Notes under the pieces: generated by a model
Database searches by the model: none
What the model was told of the DNA's origin: nothing
The model's input: only the letters and a program-made list of their open reading frames with translations
Translations under genes and position numbers: made by a program
DNA from: Diplonema japonicum
Lineage: Eukaryota; Protista; Euglenozoa: Diplonemea
DNA: 64,000 bases
Assembly (NCBI GenBank): GCA_964019335.1
Contig: OZ025688.1
Location: 62,001-126,000, forward strand
Reading direction: 5' to 3'
Shown here: piece after piece, positions 62,192 through 64,000 of the stretch
Layout of the letters: every line of letters begins with the position of its first letter
Position numbering within the stretch: position 1 is the first letter of the stretch

Positions 62192-62272
62192 AGGGTTGGT
62201 TACCGTGGTAGATCTCCTTTATCCAGCATCCTGGCGTATGACACGCTGTGGGACCGTGCCGAAGCTGTGTAG
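61145..62272 (+). CDS. TRF4/PAPD5-like non-canonical nucleotidyltransferase, probably catalytically degenerate, ~349 aa; exons 61145-62115, 62194-62272
   Basis: IWPNATVKVYGSFAYDCALPESTLD, TGGLSSYA, GQLLVDFF, IFVQD..NVA; the poly-F/poly-K stretch is an in-frame GTATGA..ACAG intron. Confidence 0.82.
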
Positions 62273-62938
62273 TTTTTTTTTTTTTTTTTTTTTTTTAATT
62301 TTTTTTATTTTTATTATTGTGCGTATGGTTTTAGAATTTTTGACTCGGGGAGAAAGAAAAAGAAATAAAAAAATTCTTATTCTTATTTTTTTTTTTTTTT
62401 TTTTTTTTTTTTCGAATTATTCGCAGCACAACAAGCAACAGAGGAACGGCAAAAAAGAAAAAAAAAGGGGGGTTTTTTTTAAGTGAAATGTGATGGGTTT
62501 AATAATGACTCAAAGAAAAAAAAGAATTGAGTATCTAAACCTTACAGTTTTTTAAAACTCCTTCCCCCCCCTTTTTTTTTGTCCTTCTGAAGTTTGTTAC
62601 AGCAAAGTGATAGCGATGGGGAGGAACACCTGACCTCTCACCTTTAAACTGTTCAATTTTTAGAGAAAGAACAAAAAAAAATAGAGAAAGGGGTGCGGGT
62701 GTGGAAACTGGACAGAGAAAAGGTAGGGCCATTTTCTCACTTTTTCTCCTTTTTTTTCCCTCTCTTTTACACTACGCACCTTTTTCTTCGCGCAGACCCC
62801 GACAAGGCTGCCCCGCAGTTTTACCACCGCAGTAGGAACCCGCCAGAGCCCCCAGAACGGGGACAACGGGGACAAAGTACAGCGCGGCCGGTGAGCGCAA
62901 AAACGCATACCTTAAAAGAATAGTTTCTTTTTTTTTTT

Positions 62939-62979
62939 AGGCGATCCTGTCACATACTGCAGGTACCCTTCAAAGACAT
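62939..62979. repeat. 41-nt dispersed repeat, copy 2
   Basis: AGGCGATCCTGTCACATACTGCAGGTACCCTTCAAAGACAT. Confidence 0.9.
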
Positions 62980-63350
62980 TTTTTTTCCCCCAAAGGACGG
63001 AAGAAAAAAAAAAAAGAAAAACTACCAAGGAGTGCCAGTGTGGTCTTGCTCTCAAGTTTTTTTTAAATGTCTCTTCTCCCCCCCCTTTTTTTTTCTTCTC
63101 TCTTCTCACAGAAGCCCTTTTGTCTCCGTGTGGAACTTGTTGTCAAACCCCCCCCCCCCCCCCCCCCAGGGCTATGTTAGTTGGAAATCCGTTTCTACTG
63201 TCGTTTACTTATTTTTCAAATATTTAGGGAAACGTGTTCCCTTCTCAAAGGAAACGGCTCCAAAAAAAAAAAAGAAAAAAAAGAAAAAAAAACTTGGAAA
63301 CGCGATTTTTTTTTTCTTTTGCAAACATAGCCCATTATCTTTGATTTTAT

Positions 63351-64000
63351 TTAACCATCTACCAACGGACCATTTTTGCCCACCAGGGGGTAAATTTTCA
63401 AAACTTCAAAAAAAGCTATTCCAGCGCAACGCCGGGGCTATATGCCCCCGGAAATGCCTCCAGATGTCCCAATTCTAGAGAGAGGGTGCCCACAGCAGGG
63501 TCCACCCCCACAACATTGTCAAAAATATCGTTCCTGAAGTGCCCGAGAGGGGATACAAAAAACAAGTCAAAAAAATCGACTGTAAAATTCTATAAAAAGC
63601 TATTTAAGGCCTTCTTGACGCGGTTCGTATGTGCCCCAGGGCTGGGGGACTTCTTTTTTGACCCCGGGAGGGGTTTCTGGGGGGTATCCCCGGCAAGGTG
63701 GTAGTCTTTGAAGCACGGAGTCACGCAAAGTTGTACCAAGCAGGCTGAACACTGAAATAGGGGTCTTTTCGACTTGCAATGCTTGCACCGCACGTTGCAC
63801 TACTTTTTCGGGGAAATGGTCCCAGAAGGTACTGTCACGGCGCATGGGGGTTTTTTTTTCATTGGGGTCTCAGAGCACTCGTTCTGTGTTTCGGGGCATG
63901 GTATTGGGGCAGCCTGCTCTGTAGTTGACTTTATCTGTTGTTTAGACTGCCTCCCTAGTAGCCCTTCGATGACTGCCTCTTTGAAAGGCGTAAATCCACT
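63351..64000 (-). mobile_element. piggyBac transposon 3' end with disrupted transposase C-terminus
   Basis: Minus strand HFPEK / frameshift / RCKHCKSKRPLFQCSACLVQLCVTPCFKDYH, the Cys-rich domain typical of piggyBac transposases; TTAA|CC at 63351 is a plausible terminus and target site. Confidence 0.75.

Overview
Eukaryotic (protist) nuclear DNA. About 17 protein genes, all on the + strand, are separated by spacers rich in A/T/C/G homopolymers. The single-strand gene cluster, the euglenozoan-looking proteins (mitochondrial EF-Tu with a domain-III insertion, SAM-kinesin-13, a cruzipain-like cathepsin, a giant Thr-rich surface protein) and numerous short GT-AG introns point to a euglenozoan, most likely a diplonemid (inference). 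Genes in order: OLA1/YchF (3' end), coiled-coil protein, 3x bPH-like membrane protein, secreted ADA2, mt EF-Tu, hypothetical, kinesin-13, cathepsin L, Pro-rich Zn-ribbon protein, SGNH/PC-esterase-like protein, ~4,500-aa GPI-type protein, ABCC transporter, Rieske-FNR fusion, TatD, soluble-type adenylyl cyclase, MCM6, LRRC49-like, and a degenerate TRF4-like nucleotidyltransferase; a piggyBac relic ends the window. I placed 19 introns by hand. They are tiny (33-128 nt), often A-rich with no polypyrimidine tract, and all lie within ~1.5 kb of the stop codon. The most unexplained structure is a family of non-coding elements (41858, 51439, 52483, 54434, 58167). They have asymmetric inverted repeats, ~21-bp-spaced iteron arrays and a long terminal hairpin with conserved CTCG/CTCG mismatches. 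One relative encloses what looks like a decayed, intron-containing Xer-like tyrosine recombinase. All calls were made by eye; no database search was run.
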